Origin: Planctomycetota bacterium
GTDB lineage: Bacteria; Planctomycetota; UBA8108; UBA1146
DNA length: 64,000 nucleotides
NCBI GenBank assembly: GCA_016776905.1
Contig: JADHSM010000001.1
Coordinates: 180,455 to 244,454, forward strand
Reading direction: 5' to 3'
The number at the start of each line of letters is the position of its first letter. Position 1 is the first letter of the stretch. Shown one piece after another: positions 9,291 through 17,308 of the stretch. The notes beneath the pieces were generated by a model. The model saw only the letters and a program-made list of their open reading frames with translations, did not search any database and was not told the origin of the DNA. Both the position numbers and the translations under genes were made by a program.

Positions 9291-10411
9291 ATCGAAGAAT
9301 CCTATTTGTTGGAGGTCATACCGGAGGGCATCTTTTTCCAGCGGAAGCTCTCGCTCACTCTATTCTTGAAATGGGTGAAGGAACTCCCGTGCTTCTCGAC
9401 CATGGTCGGGATCAGGAAAAGAAAGTGTTCCAGAAGGCGGGAATGGAGAAAGTTCTCGCACCATGGAGAGGTAAAGGTCGCCTCTCTAGTGCGACAAAAG
9501 TCTTTGCAGCAAGGAAACTGTTACGCGAAGAAAAGATCGACGCCGTGATTTGTATGGGAGCATTTCCCTGTATCGCTCCGGGCTTAGCCGCCGCGACTCT
9601 AAGGAAACCTCTTTTTCTTCTGGAGCAAAACCGTGTGATGGGGAAAGCGAATCGTATTCTTTCTCTTTTCGCGTCGAAGATTTTTCTATCGATGCCCTTA
9701 TTGAAATCGAGTCGGTCTATCCGTGCTCGTTCTGCAATTCTGGGCTGCCCAGTCCGTGACGAATTTCAACCAGCAGGGCTTCCAGAAGAACCTCTTCGTC
9801 TTGTTGTGATGGGGGGGAGTCAAGGCGCTCGTGAAGTGAATCAAAAAGTATTAGAAATTTTTGGCCACGGCGTAGCTCCTCATGGAACTTCGTTGGACAT
9901 TCTTCATCAGATCGGTCCTAGAGAAGCATTGGAGCCCATCGTCGACTCCTGGGCGAAATTAGGGATTCCGGCAAGGGTTGTGCCGTTTATTCAGAATCCT
10001 GCCCGAGCGATGCGTGATGCACACTTTGTGATGGGAAGAGCGGGTGGTTCCACTTTGGCGGAACTGAACTCTGTTGGAAGACCATCGTTACTGTTCCCAT
10101 TGAGATCTCATTCTGATCAGCATCAGTTACACAATGCTCGTTATCTTGAAGATCACGGATCTGCACTGGTTTTTGATGGACAGAACGCGGCATTTCTAGC
10201 GGATCAACTGCGTCAGCTACTCGGTAGGCCGGACCGTTTGTGCTCCATGGTAAAAAGTGCACAGGCGTTGGGATCATCCGATGCGTCGAAGCGAATTGCG
10301 GAAATGATCGGAGTTCTTCTCCGTTGTCGTGAAACAGGGCGAATGAGAGTTCCTCATGTTTCTGGAGAAAATAGCATTCATCCAGCTCCTGGAAAAGTGA
10401 AGGAGGCCTGA
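9287..10411 (+). CDS. murG: UDP-GlcNAc--MurNAc-pentapeptide-undecaprenol GlcNAc transferase MurG
   Basis: N-terminal ILFVGGHTGGHLFPAEALA is the MurG G-loop, with GT-B C-terminal motifs. ATGA overlap with the ftsW stop. The track ORF is extended upstream in frame. Confidence 0.85.
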   Translation: MNRRILFVGGHTGGHLFPAEALAHSILEMGEGTPVLLDHGRDQEKKVFQKAGMEKVLAPWRGKGRLSSATKVFAARKLLREEKIDAVICMGAFPCIAPGLAAATLRKPLFLLEQNRVMGKANRILSLFASKIFLSMPLLKSSRSIRARSAILGCPVRDEFQPAGLPEEPLRLVVMGGSQGAREVNQKVLEIFGHGVAPHGTSLDILHQIGPREALEPIVDSWAKLGIPARVVPFIQNPARAMRDAHFVMGRAGGSTLAELNSVGRPSLLFPLRSHSDQHQLHNARYLEDHGSALVFDGQNAAFLADQLRQLLGRPDRLCSMVKSAQALGSSDASKRIAEMIGVLLRCRETGRMRVPHVSGENSIHPAPGKVKEA

Positions 10412-11109
10412 TGCATATGTTTCGCTGGGTCCTCTGCGTTTTCATCTTATTCGCGGGTGTTTTTTCATTTAATGGTTGGTGGGATTCTCGTGACGTCATC
10501 ACTTTTGAGCCTCAGGATGTTCTCGCTGTCTCCGAGGTTCAAATGGACTGGCATTCATTGTACTTGCCAAAAACAGACCCCTCAGGAGTGAATCCCCAAT
10601 TGAGAAGTAGTGGCAGAAATGCTGAGATATTGGAATCGGCTGAGAACCGAACGATACCCCAGAGAATCTCTGTTGAGACGGGGCTATCGGAAGAAGGGGG
10701 CAATTCGTCGAATCCCTCCTCCGAGTCTGCTATTCCGGAAACCTATACCATTCGATCAGGTGATACGTTAAGTGAAGTCGCGGAAAGATTTTTTGGCGCG
10801 TGGAGTCGGGGCCAAAAAGAGATTGAGCGATTGAACCCAAAAATTAATGTAAATCGTATCAAGGTCGGACAAGTTCTGATCTTGAGAGGATCTTCTCGAT
10901 TATCGAATCAGGAAGAGAATGAATCTTCCAATAAAATCTCCATAGATAATCAGTTATTAGTTCATCGTGTAAAGAATGGTGAAAGCTTAGCTGCTATTGC
11001 AGTCCGCTATTACGGAAATGAAAATTGGGAGAAGATTCATAAAGCGAACCTGAATATCTTACCTAACCCAAATCGACTGAAAGTCGGCATGGAACTTGTG
11101 ATTCCCTAA
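10411..11109 (+). CDS. Membrane-anchored protein with two LysM peptidoglycan-binding domains
   Basis: N-terminal transmembrane helix. Two LysM-like segments (YTIRSGDTLSEVAERFFG...IKVGQVLIL and HRVKNGESLAAIAVRYYG...LKVGMELVIP). AGGAGG ribosome-binding site at 10401-10406. Confidence 0.7.
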   Translation: MHMFRWVLCVFILFAGVFSFNGWWDSRDVITFEPQDVLAVSEVQMDWHSLYLPKTDPSGVNPQLRSSGRNAEILESAENRTIPQRISVETGLSEEGGNSSNPSSESAIPETYTIRSGDTLSEVAERFFGAWSRGQKEIERLNPKINVNRIKVGQVLILRGSSRLSNQEENESSNKISIDNQLLVHRVKNGESLAAIAVRYYGNENWEKIHKANLNILPNPNRLKVGMELVIP

Positions 11110-11137
11110 TGGTGATATCTAGAGAGTTGTTTCAGGA

Positions 11138-12544
11138 ATGGATCCTTTTTTGAGTGCTGTAAGTGGCGCAACGAATGATCACTCTGCAGTCCACATCGTG
11201 GGTATTGGAGGCAGTGCCACTCGTGGTATGGCAAGTCTGCTTCAATGTCAGGGGGTTCGAGTTTCTGGAAGTGACCAAGACGAGGCCATGAGGGAGTGGT
11301 TTAGTGAAAAAGGAATCGCTTTTCACTGTGATCATGACGCAGGAAATATTCCAGCTGAAGTGACCGCTGTCGTGCATTCGCGCGCGGTGGGTGAGGACAA
11401 TCCCGAAATCATTGAAGCTCAACGCCGAGGTATTCCTATTTATGCTTATAGTGAGTATTTGGGGCGCTTAGGAATCGGAAAGAACACGATAGCAGTATCC
11501 GGTACACATGGGAAAACATCGACAACCGCACTTTTACTGAGCGTTTTTCTTGAAGCGGATCAAGATCCCTCTCTCATCGCTGGCGGTGACATTCAGCAGT
11601 TAGAGGCTGGCTGGCGGCATGGAGAAGGAGATCACTTTCTCGTCGAGGCTTGTGAGTTCCAAAGAGCATTTCTCGATATCAAACCTGAAGCAGCCATCAT
11701 TACAAATATTGATCTCGATCATCCCGAAATTTACAGTAACAGATCCGAGGTTGTGGAAACATTCCGGGATTTCATCTCCGGATTCCCTCAGCAGTCGGTG
11801 GTGGTTTGTTCTCCCGAAATTCGTTCTGAATTGGGAGGAAGGGAAGATCTGCGTTGGGTGACATGTGGCCGAACTGAAGATTGTGATGTTCGAATCATTC
11901 ATGAGAGTGGTCAGGCGTATTCCACTGTTGAATGGAAACTTGAGAAGAGTGCCCAGCTCAAAGCGACACTTCAAGTCCCAGGGGATCACTCGGTAGAGAA
12001 TGCGACTAAAGTTGTCGCTCTCTGTCATGCTCTCGGAATTAGTCCTGAGCATATTCAGTCAGGATTGGAAAAATTCCAAGGTGTGGCCCGCAGGTTCGAA
12101 TCCAGAGAGGTTCTTCAAGGGACACATTGGATTGAGGATTACGCTCACCATCCTCAAGAGGTTGAGGCGACTCTTAGAACTGCTCAGTCCCTCTTCCGTG
12201 AAAATAAGATACATGCACTCTTTCAGCCTCATCAGGCAGGAAGACTCAGCGCATTCATGGATGGTTTTTCGAATTCCTTCCAGGGGATGGATGAAGTTTT
12301 CCTGTTACCGATTTATTCAGTCAGGGAGAACATTTCTGATTTCCCTGAGGATCTATTGGATCAATTACGAGCGAAAATTGAAGAGCAGGGTGTTCACTGT
12401 AAGATTCTTGACTTTGATACTGCTCCTGGTTTTCTTGCTGAAACATTGAGTGAAGGCGACGTTCTCGTTTCCTTAGGGGCGGGAAACGTAGATCAAATTG
12501 GAACTCGCACTCGTGAGATCGCGAGAGGGGTGATCCCATCTTGA
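11138..12544 (+). CDS. murC: UDP-N-acetylmuramate--L-alanine ligase MurC
   Basis: N-terminal IHIVGIGGSATRGMA and P-loop VSGTHGKTSTTALL. Position after murG. Confidence 0.9.
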   Translation: MDPFLSAVSGATNDHSAVHIVGIGGSATRGMASLLQCQGVRVSGSDQDEAMREWFSEKGIAFHCDHDAGNIPAEVTAVVHSRAVGEDNPEIIEAQRRGIPIYAYSEYLGRLGIGKNTIAVSGTHGKTSTTALLLSVFLEADQDPSLIAGGDIQQLEAGWRHGEGDHFLVEACEFQRAFLDIKPEAAIITNIDLDHPEIYSNRSEVVETFRDFISGFPQQSVVVCSPEIRSELGGREDLRWVTCGRTEDCDVRIIHESGQAYSTVEWKLEKSAQLKATLQVPGDHSVENATKVVALCHALGISPEHIQSGLEKFQGVARRFESREVLQGTHWIEDYAHHPQEVEATLRTAQSLFRENKIHALFQPHQAGRLSAFMDGFSNSFQGMDEVFLLPIYSVRENISDFPEDLLDQLRAKIEEQGVHCKILDFDTAPGFLAETLSEGDVLVSLGAGNVDQIGTRTREIARGVIPS

Positions 12545-12576
12545 AGCGACCCGAGGGAATAAAAACTGACATAGAG

Positions 12577-13452
12577 ATGAAGCAATACTCTTGGTTCAGA
12601 AGTGGGGGGCTGTCTCGATATTTTTCGAGACCCAAATCGATCGCAGAAATGATCGATGTGATTCGATGGGCACGATCGGAATCGCATGAGATTTCCCTAT
12701 TGGGTCTCGGTGCGAACATGTTGTTTCCCGACGAATATTTCGATGGTCTCGTTCTTCAAACAACCAAGCTCAAATCAACCATGCTCAAATCAAATGAGAA
12801 TTTCCAGTTTTTCAATGAATCTGAAATTGATGTTTCCGCAGGAGTTCAACTGGAGCGATTAGTGAACAGTTTAAATTCTCAGGGTTTAGCAGGATTGGAG
12901 AATCTTGCTGGAATCCCTGGGACAATTGGGGGATCTGTTTGGGGGAATGCCGGAGCAGGTCATGGTTCGATCTCGGAACAAGTGGTCGCAGTTCAGTGTA
13001 TCGACTCTAACTGTGAACTCCGTTGGATTTCGGCAGATGAGTTTGAATGGAGTTACAGGTACTCAGGTATCGGTGACCACATTATTTGTGCAGTTCGATT
13101 CCGTGTTGAACCGAACTCAGACCCCGTGAGATTGCAGGAAAGTAGTCGAGACCTGAAGGCATACAAGGAGAGTGTTCAGCCTTATGAGCAAAAATCGACA
13201 GGCTGTATTTTCCGAAACCCTGAATCGGGACCTGGAGCGGGTCAATTGATCGATAACGCAGGTCTTAAGGGTTGGACTGTTGGAGGAGCGAAAATCTCAG
13301 AGCTCCATGGGAATTTCATCGTCAATGAATCGAATGCGACCACAGCAGATGTTCTGGAACTTGTTCATACCATCGAAGAGAAGATTTTTTCGCAAACAGG
13401 TATCCGATTAGATCGTGAAGTCATTTTGGCATGCCAGGAGAAGTCGCGATGA
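12577..13452 (+). CDS. murB: UDP-N-acetylenolpyruvoylglucosamine reductase MurB
   Basis: FAD-binding-type N-terminus (FRSGGLSRYF...LGLGANMLF) and MurB C-terminal domain. The track ORF begins at TTG 12541, overlapping the murC stop; ATG 12577 gives the usual length. Confidence 0.85.
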   Translation: MKQYSWFRSGGLSRYFSRPKSIAEMIDVIRWARSESHEISLLGLGANMLFPDEYFDGLVLQTTKLKSTMLKSNENFQFFNESEIDVSAGVQLERLVNSLNSQGLAGLENLAGIPGTIGGSVWGNAGAGHGSISEQVVAVQCIDSNCELRWISADEFEWSYRYSGIGDHIICAVRFRVEPNSDPVRLQESSRDLKAYKESVQPYEQKSTGCIFRNPESGPGAGQLIDNAGLKGWTVGGAKISELHGNFIVNESNATTADVLELVHTIEEKIFSQTGIRLDREVILACQEKSR

Positions 13453-14288
13453 ACCAGCACTCAGAGGTCTCTCCCCCCTGGTTTCGATTCTTGTTTGCGA
13501 TCTTCCTGTTTGTGGGGGCGGGATTATTCATTTCTCACGCCAAGAATACTATCGATGACCAACAATTGAGAGCTCGGGGTGATTGGCAAATCGATCAAAA
13601 GAGTTTTCCAAGTTGGCTTCCTGAAAGTAAAACGCCGCAGTTCCGGGATCTGAATTTGATTCCTTCAAGAATCCAGCATGATAGTGTTCGTTGGAAAGAT
13701 CAGGTTCAGCAAGAGTTGCTCGGCAACCCTTGGATAGTGGCGGTCGATTCGATATCTCGCACGGGAACCCAAATTAGTTTTCATGCAAAAATTCAGAGAC
13801 CTTTAGTCGGTGTGGTCATTCCGGGAGGGCATCTCCTTGTGAATTCCAATGGCGGAGTGATTGAGTTTATCCGTGGTGATTTTCTGGATTCGAACTGGGG
13901 AATCCCTGAATTCATGCCATCTCGGGTTGGGGTGTTATCGGAAGAGTCGACGGAACTTCCGGAAGAATCTGAGTATCAACAATTACGATTACTCCTCCAG
14001 ACTCTTGAAAAAGGCGAAATCCTGAGGAGGTTTCCCCAATTTATTCGAGATATCCAACGCTTGCCTATGGAAGGTGGGGATCTATGGATTCTTGTTTGTA
14101 CAGGTGGGTTAAGGCTTCTCTGGGGACGTGTTCCCACTGCTGAGGTGGTGATGGCGTCCTCTCTGGGGGATAAATTGGCGGCTCTGGAGTACGTGATTGG
14201 GAAATCTCAGGAACTGATCGAGATCTCCCCAGGCATCGAGCGCATCAGCCTCTGTGAGGGCCCGGTTCCCTTTATTAAGATGCGCTGA
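13449..14288 (+). CDS. FtsQ/DivIB-like bitopic protein (candidate)
   Basis: Short cytoplasmic N-terminus, a single transmembrane helix (WFRFLFAIFLFVGAGLFI) and a roughly 230-aa extracytoplasmic domain. ATGA overlap with the murB stop. It occupies the ftsQ position; similarity to POTRA is assumed from position and topology only. Confidence 0.4.
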   Translation: MNQHSEVSPPWFRFLFAIFLFVGAGLFISHAKNTIDDQQLRARGDWQIDQKSFPSWLPESKTPQFRDLNLIPSRIQHDSVRWKDQVQQELLGNPWIVAVDSISRTGTQISFHAKIQRPLVGVVIPGGHLLVNSNGGVIEFIRGDFLDSNWGIPEFMPSRVGVLSEESTELPEESEYQQLRLLLQTLEKGEILRRFPQFIRDIQRLPMEGGDLWILVCTGGLRLLWGRVPTAEVVMASSLGDKLAALEYVIGKSQELIEISPGIERISLCEGPVPFIKMR

Positions 14289-14365
14289 GCCTAAATCTCA
14301 CCGTGATCCGTGACTTCGAGAGGTAGCGTATATCGGTCAGGAAGTTTATCCTGCTCAATTCATGG

Positions 14366-14704
14366 GTGGGTTGTCAGCAATCGAATGGATTTCTGAAACC
14401 CTCTCAGGATTTCAGCAACTCGACAGGAGTTAGGGTGGCCTCAAAGGATAGGTACCGGCGATTGATCGGAGAAGTGGCTCAGGAAATGGGTTTTGTGGAG
14501 GCAGATGCCATCCAGGAAGCGCTTTCACTGCAAAACCAACTTCGTTCAGAGGGCCGTAAGGTTCCATTGCTGGGACAGCTTCTGGTGGAGTTGAACCATC
14601 TCACTACGGATCAATTGCAGCAATTGATCGAGATCATCTACCCCGTGGAGGATGCGGATTCTCCACCTTCGGCGGAGACCCCAGAGGCAAGTGAGGAAGA
14701 CTGA
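14366..14704 (+). CDS. Small protein with two MshEN-like (cyclic-di-GMP-binding-type) motifs
   Basis: RLIGEVAQEMGFVEADAIQEALSLQ and LLGQLLVELNHLTTDQLQQLIEI both resemble the RLGxx(L/V/I)(L/V/I)xxG(L/V/I)(L/V/I)xxxxLxxxLxxQ motif of the MshEN/T2SE N-terminal domain. The stop overlaps the start of the next gene (TGATG). Confidence 0.35.
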   Translation: MGCQQSNGFLKPSQDFSNSTGVRVASKDRYRRLIGEVAQEMGFVEADAIQEALSLQNQLRSEGRKVPLLGQLLVELNHLTTDQLQQLIEIIYPVEDADSPPSAETPEASEED

Positions 14705-16791
14705 TGTCAGATGAAGGAAAAAAGAAACGGCGAGTCCCGGCACCTCGAAAAAAAGGTGTGGCTCCAGAAGGGCAAGCCAAAAAGGTCCCCCCAAGGAGAA
14801 TAGCACCCGGAAAAGCATCCGGAGCAGATCCCGTAGCAGCAGGAAAAGCAGGAGCTTCCCAGAACCCCGTCACTCCTGAAGGCGGCTCTCCGCAAGCGGC
14901 AGCACAGCAAGCGGCAGCAGCACAGCAAGCGGCAGCACAGCAATCCGCGGCAAAGCAAGCGGCAGCAAAGCAAGCGGCAGCAAAGCAAGCGGCGGCAAAG
15001 CAAGCGGCGGCAAAGCAAGCGGCGGCACAGCAAGCGGCAGCACAGCAAGCGGCGGCAAAGCAAGCGGCGGCAAAGCAAGCGGCGGCACAGCAAGCGGCGG
15101 CAAAGCAAGCGGCATTACAGAAGGCTGCAGCGGTGCAACAGGCGGCAGCCAAGCAAGAGGCCCTAAAACGAGCGGCAGGTCAACAAGCGGCAGGTCAACA
15201 AGCGGCAGGTCAACAAGCCGCTCCGACCGGAAAAGCCACTGGCAGAGCACCCGGAAAAACACCCGGAAAAACACCCGCAAAAGCATCTGGGAAAGCACCA
15301 TCGCGAGCAACCCGATCAGGTCGAGCTCCTGCCAGAGGAGCTTCTTCAGATCGAACTCAGCCCCGAAAGATGGCGAAGACTGGAAGACGTCAACCGGTGA
15401 AGGGGCCCTTGGCAGATGGAGATGAAGACGTCGCCGAGCAGTCGAAATCATTGCCGCTCATATTAGGTGGAGTCGGAGTCGTTCTTGTCATCGCAGTCAT
15501 CGGATTCCTGATGAGTGGGGGCGATACTCCAGTGGAGCCTGTCGTCAAGAAGGTTGCGAAGGCGCCAGTAAAGAGTCAGAAGGAAATTCGTGAAGAGAGG
15601 GCTCGTAAAGCTCTGGACCGTGCCGAGAAAGAAAATGCTGCAGAGCCCGGCGAGAGATTTAGGTGTGCTGCAAGGTTGAGAAGTGTGGCCATGGAATACT
15701 CCAATACCACTGCAGGTGCAGAAGCTGGAGAATTGCGTTCGACTCTCCTGAATACATGGCGTACCGAAGTCGATGGCGCATGGAACTCTCTCAGATCCGA
15801 TGTATTGCTGGCATTCAGCGAGGCACGATTTGAACAGGCGAGTCGCCTTCTTGAAGAATTGCCGCCAGTATTCCTGGGGGCTTCTCAGGTGCTCGAGGGG
15901 AAATTTGAACAAGAAATCGTTCTGTTGAAGAAGGATGCCAAAGCTCAATTACTCTTCAAGAAACAGCTAGATGAACTCTCTACTAAAGCCGGATTCTATG
16001 CACGAAAAGGCTACGAGGATATCGCCTTGGCAGTCATCGAGGCTCTTCCTGAAAAGGTTCAGGAAGATGCTCCAGACGTATGGCGTCTCAAAGAGGAGTT
16101 GATCCAGAAAATCCAGCGAGAAGGGCTCACTCTTCTTATGGAGCAAGAGTCTGCACTCGAAGCAGAAATAGCCGAAGCAAGACGTCTGGAAAAGGAACGT
16201 AAAGCGGCTGAAAGAATTCGTCGCTGGCTGGATATGAGAGACTCTGTGGCGTGGAAACCTCTGTTGGGGAAATCCAATCTGTATAACTGGGTTGCCTCCA
16301 GTGACAGAATGAGAGACATGCAGGGAGAAAGAACCTTGTGGCGCGTGATGGAGAGAAATGGTGAGGGAGTCCTTCTGATCGATAACCGTTCAGGGAGCGA
16401 TTCATACACCGGTGTCTATAGCAATCACTGGGAAGATTACCTCCTAGAGTTTGAGTTGAATCTCAAGGTGGGGGCACTTCGTATCTCACCTCGAACTCAG
16501 GCGGATGCGCAACGGGGAGCGATCACTGATGGGACTTCTCCACCTTTGGAGTTGGGAGACGATTTCCCTAAAAACCGCTGGCTGAAAGTGACTCTCGAAG
16601 TCCATGGGAAATCGGTGACACTTCGCTATGGAGATGGGGGAGACAAAATTGAGCTCGACCCTGAAACCACGCGATTGCCCAGCAGTGGTGGATTTGTTTT
16701 CTACGCAGCAGATGGAACTCGCCTCGAGATCAGGGGTGTGCGAGTGAAGATTGTCAATGACACTCGCGAGGGTGGTATCTTCGCCAAGTAA
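14704..16791 (+). CDS. Bitopic membrane protein with an Ala/Gln/Lys-repeat basic cytoplasmic tail, coiled coil and a C-terminal beta-rich domain (function unknown)
   Basis: 695 aa. Basic N-terminus (KKKRRVPAPRKK), about 45 x (AAAKQ/AAAQQ) repeats, a transmembrane helix (LPLILGGVGVVLVIAVIGFLM), a coiled-coil region and a roughly 150-aa C-terminal domain. Last gene of the dcw block, followed by a strong terminator. Confidence 0.6.
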   Translation: MSDEGKKKRRVPAPRKKGVAPEGQAKKVPPRRIAPGKASGADPVAAGKAGASQNPVTPEGGSPQAAAQQAAAAQQAAAQQSAAKQAAAKQAAAKQAAAKQAAAKQAAAQQAAAQQAAAKQAAAKQAAAQQAAAKQAALQKAAAVQQAAAKQEALKRAAGQQAAGQQAAGQQAAPTGKATGRAPGKTPGKTPAKASGKAPSRATRSGRAPARGASSDRTQPRKMAKTGRRQPVKGPLADGDEDVAEQSKSLPLILGGVGVVLVIAVIGFLMSGGDTPVEPVVKKVAKAPVKSQKEIREERARKALDRAEKENAAEPGERFRCAARLRSVAMEYSNTTAGAEAGELRSTLLNTWRTEVDGAWNSLRSDVLLAFSEARFEQASRLLEELPPVFLGASQVLEGKFEQEIVLLKKDAKAQLLFKKQLDELSTKAGFYARKGYEDIALAVIEALPEKVQEDAPDVWRLKEELIQKIQREGLTLLMEQESALEAEIAEARRLEKERKAAERIRRWLDMRDSVAWKPLLGKSNLYNWVASSDRMRDMQGERTLWRVMERNGEGVLLIDNRSGSDSYTGVYSNHWEDYLLEFELNLKVGALRISPRTQADAQRGAITDGTSPPLELGDDFPKNRWLKVTLEVHGKSVTLRYGDGGDKIELDPETTRLPSSGGFVFYAADGTRLEIRGVRVKIVNDTREGGIFAK
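14893..15225 (+). repeat. 15-bp tandem repeat array (caagcggcagcaaag / ...cacag variants, then 3 x caagcggcaggtcaa) encoding (QAAAK/QAAAQ)n and (QAAGQ)3
   Basis: Directly visible; it produces spurious antisense ORFs in the six-frame track. Confidence 0.9.
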
Positions 16792-16817
16792 GAGGTCGTT
16801 TTTAGTTGGAATCAAAA

Positions 16818-16856
16818 AGGGACGAAAACCGGTTCAGGTTTTCGTCCCTTTTTATG
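16818..16856 (+). terminator. Rho-independent terminator (13-bp perfect stem agggacgaaaacc/ggttttcgtccct followed by TTTTTA)
   Basis: Seen directly, 27 bp after the stop at 16791. Confidence 0.85.
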
Positions 16857-17308
16857 TATCGGACTGTTGGCGGGATGGGGCTGTGTGGAATTGAAGTTTC
16901 CCGATGTCGATTCTCGTCAGCAAGTGTTCAACGGCTCCGAAAATAGAGAGACTCTTTCTATTCCCGGGGGAAGTCGGGTCCTGTCAGGGTGGCAGGGCCT
17001 CATGTTGCTGTTGGCAGGCCTTCTGTCACAGTGGCAGGGGGGTTCTGGCCAGAATCCGAAGGTTATTTCTTAAGTCATTATTTAGTAATAGTTTATGGGG
17101 TCGATTTAGCGACGTGATGGCCCGCTCTTTGCTATATGATTATGCCGGACAGTCTATGGGGCGTCGGCAGGGGGGCTTCCAACGTTCAGGAAGAGCCTCT
17201 TTTCACTGGTGTTTACGTGTTCGGGAATTTGTTGCCGATCACCCAAAAGTCAGTGAATAAGTAACACAATTACCAGATGAGAGACCCGAGAAAGAGGAGA
17301 GATCCCAC

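Noticed and set aside
14634-15451. Three long minus-strand ORFs (14634-15152, 14707-15108, 14870-15451) rich in AACF/LLCRR/PLAL repeats
   Set aside because: They are reverse-frame readings of the 15-bp (QAAAK)n array. The plus frame is continuous with flanking non-repetitive protein sequence and operon context.
17080-17308. Possible CIRCE (TTAGCACTC-N9-GAGTGCTAA) element upstream of groEL at about 17119 (ttagcgacg-N9-gctctttgc)
   Set aside because: The left half matches 6/9 but the right half is not the inverted complement, so there is no convincing HrcA operator. Heat-shock control is probably by another mechanism.
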